A stretch of 64,000 bases of DNA from Hydrolagus affinis (taxonomy: Eukaryota), in assembly GCA_012026655.1 (NCBI GenBank), contig JAAILG010000190.1:1-64000 (forward strand). The letters run 5' to 3'. Of the stretch, positions 1 through 12,583 are shown one piece after another (positions within the stretch are counted from its first letter, which is position 1; every line of letters starts with the position of its first letter). The notes beneath the pieces were generated by a model. The model did not search any database. It worked only from the letters and a program-made list of their open reading frames with translations, and had not been told where the DNA came from. The position numbers and the translations under genes were made by a program.

Positions 1-166
1 TTTAAAAGGGAATTAGATCTTTATTTAGGGAGAACAGGTCTATTAGGCTATGGGGAGCGGGCAGGGCAGTGGGATTGAATCGCTCTTTTCAAAGAGCCGG
101 CACAGACTAGATGGGCCGAATGGCCTCCTTTTGTGCCGTAAAATTCTATGATTCTATGATTCTATG
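1..166 (+). mobile_element. CR1 LINE 3' end (cut by window edge)
   Basis: Encodes FKRELD at the ORF2 end, then 3' UTR gatgggccgaatggcctcct and an (ATTCTATG)n tail. About 90% identical to 63714-63881. Confidence 0.9.
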
Positions 167-309
167 AAACCGTGATTTATTGCAAGTTAGTTAAGATACA
201 GGCATTGTTAACCTTTATTACGTTTGTCATCTTGGAATTGGAATATTTGTGATTTTGATATAGAACAGCAAATTCATGTTCTGTGTTTGAGACAATATAT
301 ATTCAACCA

Positions 310-372
310 ATGCCCTGTGCCTTGTGTAAATCCTGACGTGAAAGGCACTATACAAGTGTAATTTTGTTCTTG
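310..372 (+). mobile_element. L2-type 3' tail fragment
   Basis: cctgacgtgaaaggcactatacaagtgtaattttgtt, shared with the longer L2 copies in the window. Confidence 0.7.
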
Positions 373-403
373 TAGATAGGATCCTTACATCAAAACTTTT
401 TAC

Positions 404-663
404 TGGAGTCCTGTAGCTCAGTGGTTAGAGCACTTACCTTACAAGCGAAAGACCTAGGTTCAATTCCAGGCAGGGTGAAACCTTGGGCAAATTGGTCATT
501 TCAATCCACAACAGTTTGTGGGACACTGCTGTGGCCAATTGGCTGCCGCATTTCACCCATAAATATATAGTCAATTAACTTTAATTTTAAAGTATATTCT
601 GTGAAGTGCTTGAGACATCTAGAAGACGTGAAAAGCACTATATCAAATGCAAGAATTATTATT
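404..663 (+). mobile_element. tRNA-derived SINE (dominant family)
   Basis: A box tagctcagtggttagagc, B box ggttcaattcc, Deu-like core gtttgtgggacactgctgtg...ttggctgccgc, tail gaaaagcactatatcaaatgcaag(att)n. Confidence 0.9.
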
Positions 664-727
664 CCAGCACCTTGGGACAAGCTCCCGACTTGAAAGGTGC
701 TCTAGAAATGTAATTTTGTTATTGTTT
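664..727 (+). mobile_element. L2-type 3' tail abutting the SINE
   Basis: ccagcaccttgggacaagctcccgacttgaaaggtgctctagaaatgtaattttgtt. Confidence 0.7.
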
Positions 728-3700
728 TCCTGCAGTGATTTATGCAGTTTTTAACTTCACTCCATTTATATTTTCACATCGAAAAGTGCTTATTTTGTTA
801 ACATAAAATTTAAAAACTTTTTTACATTTATTAAGAGAATGACATTTGCCTGATGATTGACTGATTCTTATTGCGTTTGTTTGAGGTTCTGATGAACAAT
901 AAGCTGAAATGCTAAGAAAATTGTTAATGAGGCTATCCTACCCCCAAAAGGAAGACTGCAAACCTTAGAATGAAAATTTTACAGTCTTTAACTGTTGTTT
1001 TGCCACATCATTTACAGTGATGAAATGCATGATCATTTAGCTTTTCGCATGTCTTAACTACTAGGTACTGGCATCTGCCATATGCAGAAATATATTATCA
1101 TGTTTAAAAGTCTCCAAATCACATTCCTGATATTTCACATATGTATAGTTCCCATTTATCTGGTATGGAGTGCATTTCTCTCCCGGGTCAAATATAATCT
1201 GGATAGCTACTACTGAAGAATTTAGCCAAGAGCTAGCTAGAAGTCTGGAGTTCCCGGAGTGTGCATTGGTATATTGCCAGAGTTCAATCGGAAAAAACAG
1301 AGAGTTTACTATTGGTGTTGGTAAGCTTCCTGTGGCTTGTCCAGCGCGGACCACTCTACTCCTTATCAAGACCAGAGTGGGATGTACCAGCCACCTTCAT
1401 GTACTTGAGATCTGAATCCAATGTATGTCATGAAAGAACAAACATAATATAATATATTTTACCTCTTATACTTTAGTCTGCCTCTTACCAGCAGAACTGA
1501 GGCATATAACACAAGGTCAAAGGAAGGCTCGAAAACACCAGTATGTATGCAGATACTTTCCTTTTATAATATTTTGGAATACGATCAAGAGGAAGCAAAA
1601 TTGCTTTTCTATGGAGACTGTCCATTAACTGAATGGTATATTAAAATACTTAAACTGCAAAACAGCGTTATAAGAATTTGCTATTAAAAATACTGTAATT
1701 AGCAGTTTAAAAGTAGAGACATTCCAAAATAACTAATTTAAAATAGCATTTGTACCCAAGAACTTCAATCTAAGAATAGGCCTAGTCCAAAAATATATTA
1801 GCTTCAGTCAATAACACGAGGGGTCTGAAACCTAACTAGCTTCCGCCAGTACTGATTGGCTTTCAGCATTGTACAACACAATTTACAATAAAAAGGCATG
1901 AGATTTCTAGCTGTGCAAGACCTAAAGCAGGAACATTTGTGTATTCATCCTTTGTTGTTTCTAATCTTGTTTCAGACAAGAATAGATAGGCCAACAATTT
2001 GAGTGTCGAACTCCACATCAACTTCTTGTTCTTATCTAAAATCCACTTCCACAAACACAGCTGCACACAACCATCCACAGCTGTTCAGTAAAATGATTCC
2101 CTCCCTCCTGGCTCCACTCCCAGCTGCACCCACCATGCCTTTCTTGAAGGATCCACAAACCCACTGGTTACTGGTTGATACTGAATGATTTTCTCGACAC
2201 TCTCTTAATAATGCATCTGAGCAGGCCTTCATTACAACACTATTTGACTAGAGGTCAAAACTGCTTTTTATAAAATGGGAATTAGCCATTTGTGAAAAAG
2301 ACCTTCAGAAAAAACACTCAGGAATAGAATTTATATTAAGCAGCATCACACTCGACCTGGTATCAATTCTTGAAGAACAAAAATATTTTAAATAATTCAG
2401 AATGGGGAGTAAAAGAATTTCTCAGAACTTTTTTTAAATCTTCATTTTATATTGGTTTAATTTTGCCACTTATTAAAAGTAAGTTTTTCAGTACATATTT
2501 CATCATTCAGAGGGGAAATACCAATCAGCCCGAGAGAGACCCACCCTGTAAGGTATTTTCTCTGGAAATTTTGTCGTATTAAATGTTTTTCTTCACACTG
2601 CATTTTAATACTGATGACTGATAAGTTCGTTATTACAAGACAGTATTGTGTATTATGTCCACATTGAATGTTTCTTAGAATGTTTCATGGGAATGTACAG
2701 GACCACAAAAGATGATATTTCTGGCTGGTCCAAAGTAAAAATAAATTGTACACCAGTCTGTCTTTGATACCCAACAATTGATTTATTTGTGAAAAACTGT
2801 CTAATTCCTGCTTGAATTTACTGACACAATCTGTCTGATGTCCATTCCACATTTTCACTTCTCTCTTTTGAGATTTAGTTGTTGCCCTCTTGCTTAGAGT
2901 TTGCTTTACGCTGCAATAGATTACAATGAAGATAGGTCAAAAGTAAAACTGAAAAAATGACAGGGAGGTGTTTCATTTATTTCGGTTACACAAAGTATGC
3001 CTCAATAAAAGTCCTACAGTTTACCCCAATAGTTTCATTATATACTGTGTACTGAATTCTGCTGTTGTTTTCCTTAGCTCAGACTGTTGGATTTTGTATT
3101 TTCAATATTTTTATTTTTCTTAGTTTTTTAACATGACCATGAATAACCTTAAAGATCTTCTTTGAAAGGGGGCATTCATTACGAGTTATGCAAATTGGCT
3201 GAGAAATAAATATCTTGTTCAATATTGATTTTTCTGGCTTTGTAACCCTGGGTTACTGTCAGCCCCTAATTCCACAGACACTATATCAAATATTAATCTC
3301 ATGTTGAAACAGTCTGAGCAAGTGCCTCAATACAATATAATTAAGGCAACACAGTGATGGTAAAAAAATCATAAAAGTGATTTTCATTGCTGCTCATCTG
3401 TAAGACCTTTTGTCTTTCCAAAGTGTAATACAGCCAATACTGCAGTTACTCAAAGCATTATTTTAACAAAGTGGGAAGAGATAAATGAGAATCATATACT
3501 TCTCTGAATATAATCAGTTTAGTTGCTTCACATTCTGCTCTTAAGAGCCAACTTATTCAGATGGGTAATACTTCAGTGGACATTACTGAATATATATTAT
3601 GCTATTCTTGTAATCTTTTGCAAATGAGCCAGCAATGTCAAACAAACAGCATAATTGATGGATGTGGGTAATTGTAAAAGAGAGTTGCAGTTTAAATTTG

Positions 3701-3852
3701 GTGGTTTGGCAAAGGCACAAATGTTCCTGTTTCTTTTGGTACGCTTATTAATTTGCACCAAATTTGTGTGCATCCATTTAATTTTCTCTAAAATAAATAG
3801 AGAACCCAGGGTTACAAAGGAAAGACAATATTTATTCTGATGTACATTTTCG

Positions 3853-3916
3853 GTGCCTTAGGATGTCCTCCCGACGTGAAAGGTGCTATATAAGTGAAAT
3901 TTTGTTGTTGTTGTTG
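3853..3916 (+). mobile_element. L2-type 3' tail fragment
   Basis: gtgccttaggatgtcctcccgacgtgaaaggtgctatataagtgaaattt(tgt)n. Confidence 0.8.
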
Positions 3917-4497
3917 TAAATGTCTTAAGTGTGTAAAGTCAATTTTACATAGATTTTTGTATCAGTTTGGGAGAATTGTGTAAAGGTGAACCATCAGTTT
4001 GTATTCCAAGACTTCTCTCTTCCATGAGAAGGGGTTGTAGAGTTGAACAAATTTCTGCTGATCAAAACCAGCCCGCTGGACTCCTATTTTGTTACAGCAT
4101 TTGCAGTTACTGTTTTTGTTGTACTCGGATTGCAACCCTGACCAAAGAAATCCCAATGCTGTAACCATACAGCCGCTCATCTGTAAATTGGCTCACTGGA
4201 TGTGTTATTCATGCAGCTCTGTTGCTGCAGAGATGCCTGATATGGTGTAACTCTAGCAACATACCTTCTGATTGGCACAATCTGTCAATCTCCATTACAC
4301 TTGAAGCTTGTTCATTTAAACCCCTGTTCTCCAGTTCTCTACCTATTGTTTATGTCAAATTACCTGCTACATCTGTATTATTTATGCTTTTCAGAAATTT
4401 AGTTTCCTTTCCCCTGCCCCTAATTATTTGTTAAACATATTATTTGTAATACAGTATAAGCATTTTTTTAAATCTGTGCTCTCAAGCTCTTGCATCT

Positions 4498-4855
4498 GTG
4501 GAGACCTGCAGCTTAATGCTTAGAGCACTCGCCTCGCAAGTGAGAGGACCTGAGTTTTATTCTCCAGCAGGGTGAAACACTTAAGCAAGTGTCCTTACTA
4601 ATGTGATTCTGATTATCTGGCAGTAAGTAGGAACCTGGTTGTTACTCAATTGGTGGATCACTTTTCCGGGGGTAATAATCCCTCCCGAAAAATATTTGGT
4701 CACTCAATCCACAATTATTTGTGGGACACTGCTTTGCCTAATTGGCTGCCCAAACATATATAGTCAATTAACTTTACATGTGAAGTCTCATGTTTTGAGA
4801 CTTCTCGACAACATGATGAGGCACTATATCAAATGCAAAGATTATTATTATTATT
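4498..4855 (+). mobile_element. tRNA-derived SINE, long variant
   Basis: Degenerate head, extra internal segment (cagtaagtaggaacctggttgtt...ggatcacttttcc), Deu-like core and (att)n tail. Confidence 0.85.
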
Positions 4856-4989
4856 TTCTGTGCTGTCAAAAAAAAACTTTTTCTGCAATTTGAATTTATG
4901 TATTTATCACCATCAACTCCAGAGCCACTGCTATTGTGGCTAATTGACAACAAGTATTTGGATGAGCTGTAAATTACTCAAATGTAATA

Positions 4990-5435
4990 TTGACACTTGG
5001 GACAATCCTGCTTGACTCCCACCAACACTTCCTTGCCTGAGGCACCAACCATTTCAATCTTCCCAGTTGTACAACTGCAACAATCTTGGCACTTTTTGAC
5101 CTGCAATGCTCCTTCAACAAATCTTTGAATAAGTAGCTTATTTCCACAACGTTGTCCACCTCCACAATTACCATGGCTCCCCAAGCCTATCATCTGCAGT
5201 GAGCAAGTACTGTATTCAGTCACTTTGTCCTCGCTCTTTGAAATACCCTTCTAAAATACATGTGCCTTGTTTTCTCTCTCCTATTTTCAACCCTCTGAAA
5301 ACCTAACCACTTTGACTTCAACTTTGGTCACCCCCCAACCCACATATCTCACCAAATTCAGGCTCCCACTGTTTCTTTATCAAGCACTTTGAGATGTTTT
5401 CCTATATGAAAGCTGCTTATATAACTGGAAATGTT
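4990..5435 (+). mobile_element. Old degenerate L2 3' fragment
   Basis: C-rich L2-like body ending agcactttgagatgttttcctatatgaaagctgcttatataa. Confidence 0.55.
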
Positions 5436-5690
5436 CTACTATGGAAATTGCATTTAGCCATGCTGGCAAGTGGCAGATATCATTGTCATTAGAACAACTA
5501 TGTGAATGGATTTTTTAAGTAGCAGTCAAATGTAGTGATGGTGAATAATACACTGCATAGCACAGTGTAAAATAAATGATCTAATGAATACAGTACAGCT
5601 ACCTGCTGTAATAAGTGACTATCTTTGTTTTTACAACCACATTGTCTCTCATTAGTATATCACAATTGTATTATAAAAGACAAATGTCAA

Positions 5691-5713
5691 ATCACTCACT
5701 CACTCACTCACTC
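5691..5713. repeat. (TCAC)n microsatellite
   Basis: tcactcactcactcactcactc. Confidence 0.9.
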
Positions 5714-8700
5714 GATCTCAGCAGAAATAAGTTAAAAGAGGAATATTAAATGCAAACCATATTTAAATAAATATTTTGAAAGGAATACCAGATGCCCTGT
5801 ATTACAGTACTTATGTTGTTACACATGCAGATATGTTAAACATTGAATTTACCAATAACAACATAAAGATTTTTAAGCAAAGAAATAGTTCACAGACCCT
5901 ACATATTTGCCACATCTCTCAACTATTTGGGGGAAAACATCTGCCTCAGAAATAAAATTCTTCCCCCCCTCCCCCACAAAAAAAGGCAAACTTCTTAATT
6001 ATCCAAATTTTTCAGTAACCTGGAAATGTATACACCAAGTATTGTATTAAGTGTTACCTTCAAGCACAGTCATGTTCACAGGAATAGTTGATTACTGAAT
6101 TCTTATTTATTATTATTTCAAATTATTTCAAATATTAGACATAGTGTAACACATTTAATTAACAAACAGTTTGTGTATCAAAGAATAACAACTGGAAAAA
6201 AAACCTTTTTTTTTAGATGAAAAGATGATTTCATTTTATGAGGGGCATAATTATTTACCTGTAATGGCAGAAAGCTTCTTGTGGACTTAGTGATGCAAGT
6301 GTATTGCCAACTAAATCCCATTCAGTAGAGTAATGGTCAAAGGAAATGTATAGTTTGATCTGTTTTACAAAGAATGTTATCAGTTAAAAACAGATGCGAG
6401 TCCCAGCCTGAAGGGATAGTCTATTTAGAAGTTATTTTGCCCTTTTTAATATAACTAGATTGCTTGCCAGCATCCTTTAATAAAGAGTTTAACTGAACAC
6501 AGCAACCATGATGGCAGAGCTTGGGGGAGTTTGCTCCAATGTTATATTGAAATGTAAAATATTCTGCTTCGGATATCAATGCATAGGATGAAAAACTGTT
6601 ATTAAAATAGGTAGAATATCATTTTTTCCTCTTAGTTCTATTGATATGATTTGGCCATGTGTAAGATTTTGCTTTCTCTCCAGTGTAACATGATATGTTA
6701 GAGCATTATCAATGACTGATATGATATTTGAGTGCAGAAAAAAAATCGGGTTAAGAGGGAGGGATCTTCATTAAATGTGTTGACACATTTTAATGTGCAT
6801 CTGTTTATTTTACCAGTTATACTATCAAATAATTGCACTAAATCATGTTTTGTATATATAATACACTAAATTGTTATATTTGACTTATTTCTTTAATTTT
6901 ACAGTATTCCATCTTAAATTTAGAAAACATTCTGTAGGTGTCTGCATAGTTAAAACTTGCTTACACTTTGTTTCTGCTAACTATTAATGTATGTACAGTG
7001 TAGAGTATTTTTAGAAACACAATTGAGCTTTTTACATGATAATGTTAATGACCAACAGATGAAGCGGAATCTTTAAGTTTCAGAATTACAAGGCAAAAGT
7101 TTGAGATACTGTATCAGTTTCCTTCAGAGACTTGAGCTTTTATCTGTGTCCTGCAGTACATGATGACCTTGTCTCAAGAGATTTACAGTCATTTGCAGTT
7201 CAATGTAGTGGCATTTCAACAGTTGCAAAGGACTTCATAGATAACAGAAATGCACATCTATGAACCATTTAAATCTATATGCCTTAGACCAGCTGTGAAC
7301 ATTTGCTTATATGCAACATTGATGAATACCACTAAGACTTTGTGTTTGTTGATTCTGAGAAAATTTGAAAAACTAAATTCAGAACAAATGTAAATACCGA
7401 CACAAGGGATTGTATTTTCTGGTTAATTACATTCTGGAAAGCCATCTGTAGATAGGTTTGGTGACGGAAACCAATACAGGATGAACTTAATTACAATCGA
7501 AATTGGTAGTGGGTCTCAGTCTGTAATGCTGCCTATTTCTTAATCTCCATGCTTTCTCTCACTAAATCAATGAATTGTATTTCACTCTTGATGTTTTTTT
7601 TCCCCCAACCAATGCACCTTTTGTTTAGTTAGTTCCCTACCCCAGTAAAAAAAAATGTTCCATTCTATGCAGAAAGGTATTTAACTCATATTTGCACACC
7701 AATAAGCTATTAACAAACAAAACAATATCCTATAAATCCCAGAGCTTCAGATATTAGAGCTTCTCTTCCCTCCCCCATTCATCTGATATGCAATGAAAGA
7801 TACTGAGAGGCATTCAATCAATATCTTGTCCAAATGGTCATACTTCACATTTGAGTCTGACCTGTGAGAGTTGATTGATTGTAGAAATGATTTTAGTATG
7901 CAGGGTAACATTCCCTTCAATAAGTTGCTTTTTTTAAAAACTGTCTTATGTGAATACAAGGCTCAGACATAGAACCTGTACCTATCCTTGTACACAGTGG
8001 AAAATCCAAGTTTGTAAATAAATGGTCATTAATAGAAAATCTATCTCTATGAAGAGCGCGGATTACTTCGGTCAAGAGTGTTTTCTTCAGCAATTGATCA
8101 TTTGATATGACTATTTTAGATGGATGATTGAAATGTTTGTTATCATCAGAAGTGTAATAATGCAGCTCTGGAGTGGCTAACAGTGACTTCTGTTCCAAGC
8201 CAAAAACACAAATGCAATGAGCAAAGTCTTAACAACAACTGACATATGTAACCTGAAGCACATTGTTAAGTGGAAAAACTACAGATTTTAAGACAATGCA
8301 ATAATAGGTCAGAAGTACCACTGGGCATTGCACAGATTATAGATTTTGCCACTGTCATGGCAAATCTCATTATATAAAAGAAAATTGTGTATCTAGCAAT
8401 TTAGATGTCAAGTTTTGTTACAACTAGGCTTGAGATATAGTGCCTTGAGAAACAATTTATTTTGTGCATTGTGTATGAAAATCCGTTGTAGCAAATAAAT
8501 TTGATTTTTAGGGGAGGTTTATTTACTTTGTAATGATTTGCAATGAGGAATTGTGCTGATTTAACAGCAGATAAGTAGTGAGTCACAAGTAACATTTAGG
8601 GATTAATTTTTGTTGCATAAGTAAATTCATTTTAATGTGGGCACGCAGTGTGGCAAAACAGAATTACATAAAGCTTGCAGGATGTTGGCAAATAGATTAG

Positions 8701-9175
8701 CACTCGTCACAGCAGAAACTTCAGTGCATCATAAATTGAGTATTTGTAGATTTATTATGTTTTATTCATCTTGCCCTTGTTTTTTGAGGGGCCCACCGAA
8801 TAATGATTATTTTGCATATCTTATTTCTTATAGAATTTAACTCTTACTCTGCCAACACATTTGTGGAAATTTGCTGGCACTGTGGGCCGACAATATTAAG
8901 CCTGACCTACACTAATTAGGCAGTATAGATTTAATACTGCAATAACATGTTTTACTAAGTTTTAATATTCTGAAATTAGTACTTTGTTTCGTTACTGAAA
9001 GCCGTGGGAAAGTACAATTCGCAAATATTTGTAGTTTGTTTAGCTTTGCTTTGAAAAAGCAGATACCTTCTAAAATCATCTAATTCAACCCTATTTCTTT
9101 GGGTACATTTGTGAATAATGATGGTTCTATGCAGTTGTGAGTATCAAACAGCACAAATTTCAAGTAAAATGTCCA

Positions 9176-9436
9176 TAATAATAATAATCCTTACACTTTT
9201 CACGTCTTCTAGATGCCTCAAAATGCTTCACATAATATACTGTAAAGTGAATTGACTGTATTTTTGTGGGCAAAACGCGGCAGCCAATTGCGCACAGCAA
9301 CGTCCCACAAACAGTCCTGGATTGAAATGGCTGATTTTATTACTGTTTTATTTTGATGGATTATTATTAGGCGTGTGGAGTAAGGAAACTTACCCAAGGT
9401 TTCGCCCTGACCTGCCTGGATTTAAACACAGGTCCA
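9176..9436 (-). mobile_element. tRNA-derived SINE lacking most of the head
   Basis: Reverse complement of the family tail, core and ccttactccacacgcctaataataat. Confidence 0.9.
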
Positions 9437-10987
9437 TGCGATCAATTTAATATGCACGGTACATGAATACAGATTAACGGCTTGGGTATCATCTTCTCAG
9501 AACCAAACTATCAATTTGAAATGCCCCCACATTGCAATTTTTATGATATGTGCATTGTTCAAGACATTAACACATTCTGAAATTGAAAAGCCTGATATGT
9601 TCACAGCTTCCAAATTGTAAGACTGTTACACTGGACTAATGTAAAGGCAGTCAACAGTAGTTTAGGTGAAGTACATAATGTAATTGAATACACCAAGCAT
9701 TTATTCCAAGGCTATGATGGATGACAATACTGTATATAAGTGAGATTCAAGAGTGCAGATAGTTATTAGATCCATTCAATGAACATTGATTGTAAACCAA
9801 AGCACTATAATAGCCTTTTATCAGCAGACTTTGTGTTTGAAATGCTTCCAGGGATTTTGTGAGTACTGATGGAACTTGTCATTATTGCATTGCACAAAAA
9901 TATATTTAAATCCTATCAAAAATGAAAATAAAAAAGGAGAGAGCATTGAAAGGAAAAAACTGAGAACAGCATTATTGCCTTTGTTCAGAGCAATTTAAAT
10001 CTGTTTTCACTGATGAAACGCTACTGTAGTGTTGAATAGGAATACCTGTACATTCTTCTCCTGAAAAGATTGCAACTGCAATTTTCTCTGCAATAAAGTT
10101 TTAAAAATGTGTATTAAAGCTAAGCATATGAGGTATACTTGGTGAGGCATTGAAATGTTTTATTTCAGACCACAAAATTTAATTTAAATGATCGCAATTT
10201 CATGTTTTTAGTTCTTTAATCATGGTTATCATATTCTTACTTCAAGTTTAATTTGAATAAGGACACAGAATGAACTATCAGATTAAACAATTCTTCACTC
10301 TGCATTCTGTAAATAGTAACTAAACTATAAGCTTTTGTTACTGAGAAAACATATATGATGATCCTGACTCAAAAGGTAAGACAGAACGCTTGCGATGTGC
10401 TATCATGAATTTGATGTGAGAAGTCATTGTCAGAGGTCATTGTTGTTACGTTAGTAATATTTTCCTTGGAGGGAAGTCACTCTGTAAAATGTGAACCTGA
10501 TACCACAATCTGACAGGTAAACTGTGGAACAGTATTTGCCTTGTGGGTTCTATTATAGCACTTTGTGGAATTGTAAAAGACTGCGTTTAAAGAAAGTGAA
10601 TGTTACCTTTGCTGTGTAATACCTGCTTAGCTATTGCTTCAGACACAAGCTTGTCATTGAAAAGAAGTGGAAGAGAGGGGCTGGCTGATTGTCAAATAGA
10701 GGAGGCATGTGGAAAAAAAGTAGTGGTGGATATTGATTCTGTAACTTATATTCTCTATAATTGCTTACGAAACTCATAAAGCATAAACACCAATGTGTAA
10801 TTGCAGGAATTGCTTTACTGTTACTGGCTAAGGATGACACTTGGCTCAGTTCTCTTACTTATCCTATTCTGGATGGCGTAGCCAATCCTGGCAGCTTGTT
10901 CTGCTGTGATAAGACATTATCTAGATTGGAGAAAGATTAATATTGCCTTCACAGAAATTGTCAGTATTCCATTTTGTTTTGGCAATT

Positions 10988-11288
10988 AATAACGTAATCC
11001 TTGCATTTGATATAGCGCTTTTCACATCTTCTAGACATTTCAAAGCCCTTCACAGAATATGCTGTAAAGTGAATTGACTGTATATATGTGGGCAGAATGC
11101 AGCAGCCAATTATGCACAGCAGTGTCCCACAAACAGTCGTGGATTGAAATGACCAATTATTATTTTTTGACATTATTATTAGGTTAGCGGAGTACGGAAA
11201 CTTGCCCAAGGTTTCACCCTCCCTGGAATTGAACCCACGTCCCTTGCTTGTAAGGCACGTGCTCTAACCATTGAGCTGTAGGACTCCA
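10988..11288 (-). mobile_element. tRNA-derived SINE, full length
   Basis: Ends gctctaaccattgagctgtaggactcca, the reverse complement of the head; body and tail complete. Confidence 0.92.
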
Positions 11289-12483
11289 CTGTGCAAATAG
11301 AATTGTGCAAATAGAATTGCAGTGATGCAAACATCAATTTAGAGGTGCAGAGTAACAAAAATACTTTCATTTAGTAAGACAGAATGCGAACTTCCAGCAC
11401 TGCATGATTTAACTAAATTCTACTTTTCCTTTGTTTTCCCTTAACATAGCTAGGAGTGAGACAGCAATGGCTGAAAATGCCATTGGGTGTTAAAGCAACA
11501 ATTGCTTCAAACGTGCCATGGAATTTCTGTTCCATTTAAAAGGGTTTATGCTGAGCGCCCAGTTTTGTATCCACAGTTCAGGCTAAATAACTCACTGTTT
11601 GCAAGTGCTAGCCATTTTGCACTAATGGGATTTCCTGCATGAGCAGAATTCTAAAATGACCTTAATCATAAGTTTTTCTGGTCCAATTGAACGCACTGTG
11701 GATCAGCCCATATTAATCCAAATTCCTGCTCCATCTGACTACACCGGCATGAGCAAAGCCACAGTATTAGTATCGCAGTGGACAAAAATCTTCACATGTG
11801 ACAAATTATCTATGTGAATTGAATATTAAGCCCTCATTGTATCGAGGTTTGAAAGAGACTCCTGAATGCTTTTCAATCAAAGAATTAACAGTTCAGATAC
11901 AATTAGAAAAAGTAATTTTCGGATATTCACAATTGGATTACATTGAGATTTCATTGCTCTTGTCATTGATTACGGAGTTGAGAATTTCAGCATTATAGAA
12001 ATCCAGCTTTTATAGTAAGCAGGTACTTTATAGTATTTAAAATCTGATTAGTTGGGATGAAAGATAATTTGAATCAATGTGTAAAATGCTTTGATCTTAC
12101 ATGATGATTGTTCTGGAAATCTTAAGATACAAAAGACTCTATTTTGTTATTTTCTTCACCTGAAATGATCTGGTATATCTGACTGTTGTAAAACATTGTA
12201 CCCTTGTATCTCCATGACCATGATCATGAAATTGTAATTATAATTGCAGGTTTTCCATCTCTATTTAACATAACTAAATGACAGATGCATGGCTCAATGA
12301 AGTGATAGAATAACTAATTTGAGCCCTATATTGGCACAAATGAGGAAACATGTAGCAAAAATTAAGTTCACAGTGCCACACCAAGGAAATGGCTAATATT
12401 CTTTAACCATCTCCATGAGATTTGATCCTGCAGCTGTCTGTCATTTATTATATTAAGTTTTCCACCAGAGCATATCTTTGGAG

Positions 12484-12583
12484 NNNNNNNNNNNNNNNNN
12501 NNNNNNNNNNNNNNNNNNNNNNNNNNNNNNNNNNNNNNNNNNNNNNNNNNNNNNNNNNNNNNNNNNNNNNNNNNNNNNNNNNN
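12484..12583. other. Assembly gap (100 N)
   Basis: Run of n; true gap size unknown. Confidence 1.

Noticed and set aside
404-478. tRNA genes at the SINE heads (also 11215-11288, 29156, 43408, 54090-54163, 57321)
   Set aside because: No proper acceptor stem, variable anticodon triplet, and continuous with SINE bodies.
11290-11317. 14-nt tandem duplication tgtgcaaatagaat beside a SINE
   Set aside because: Not matched at the other end of the SINE, so not a TSD; ordinary slippage.
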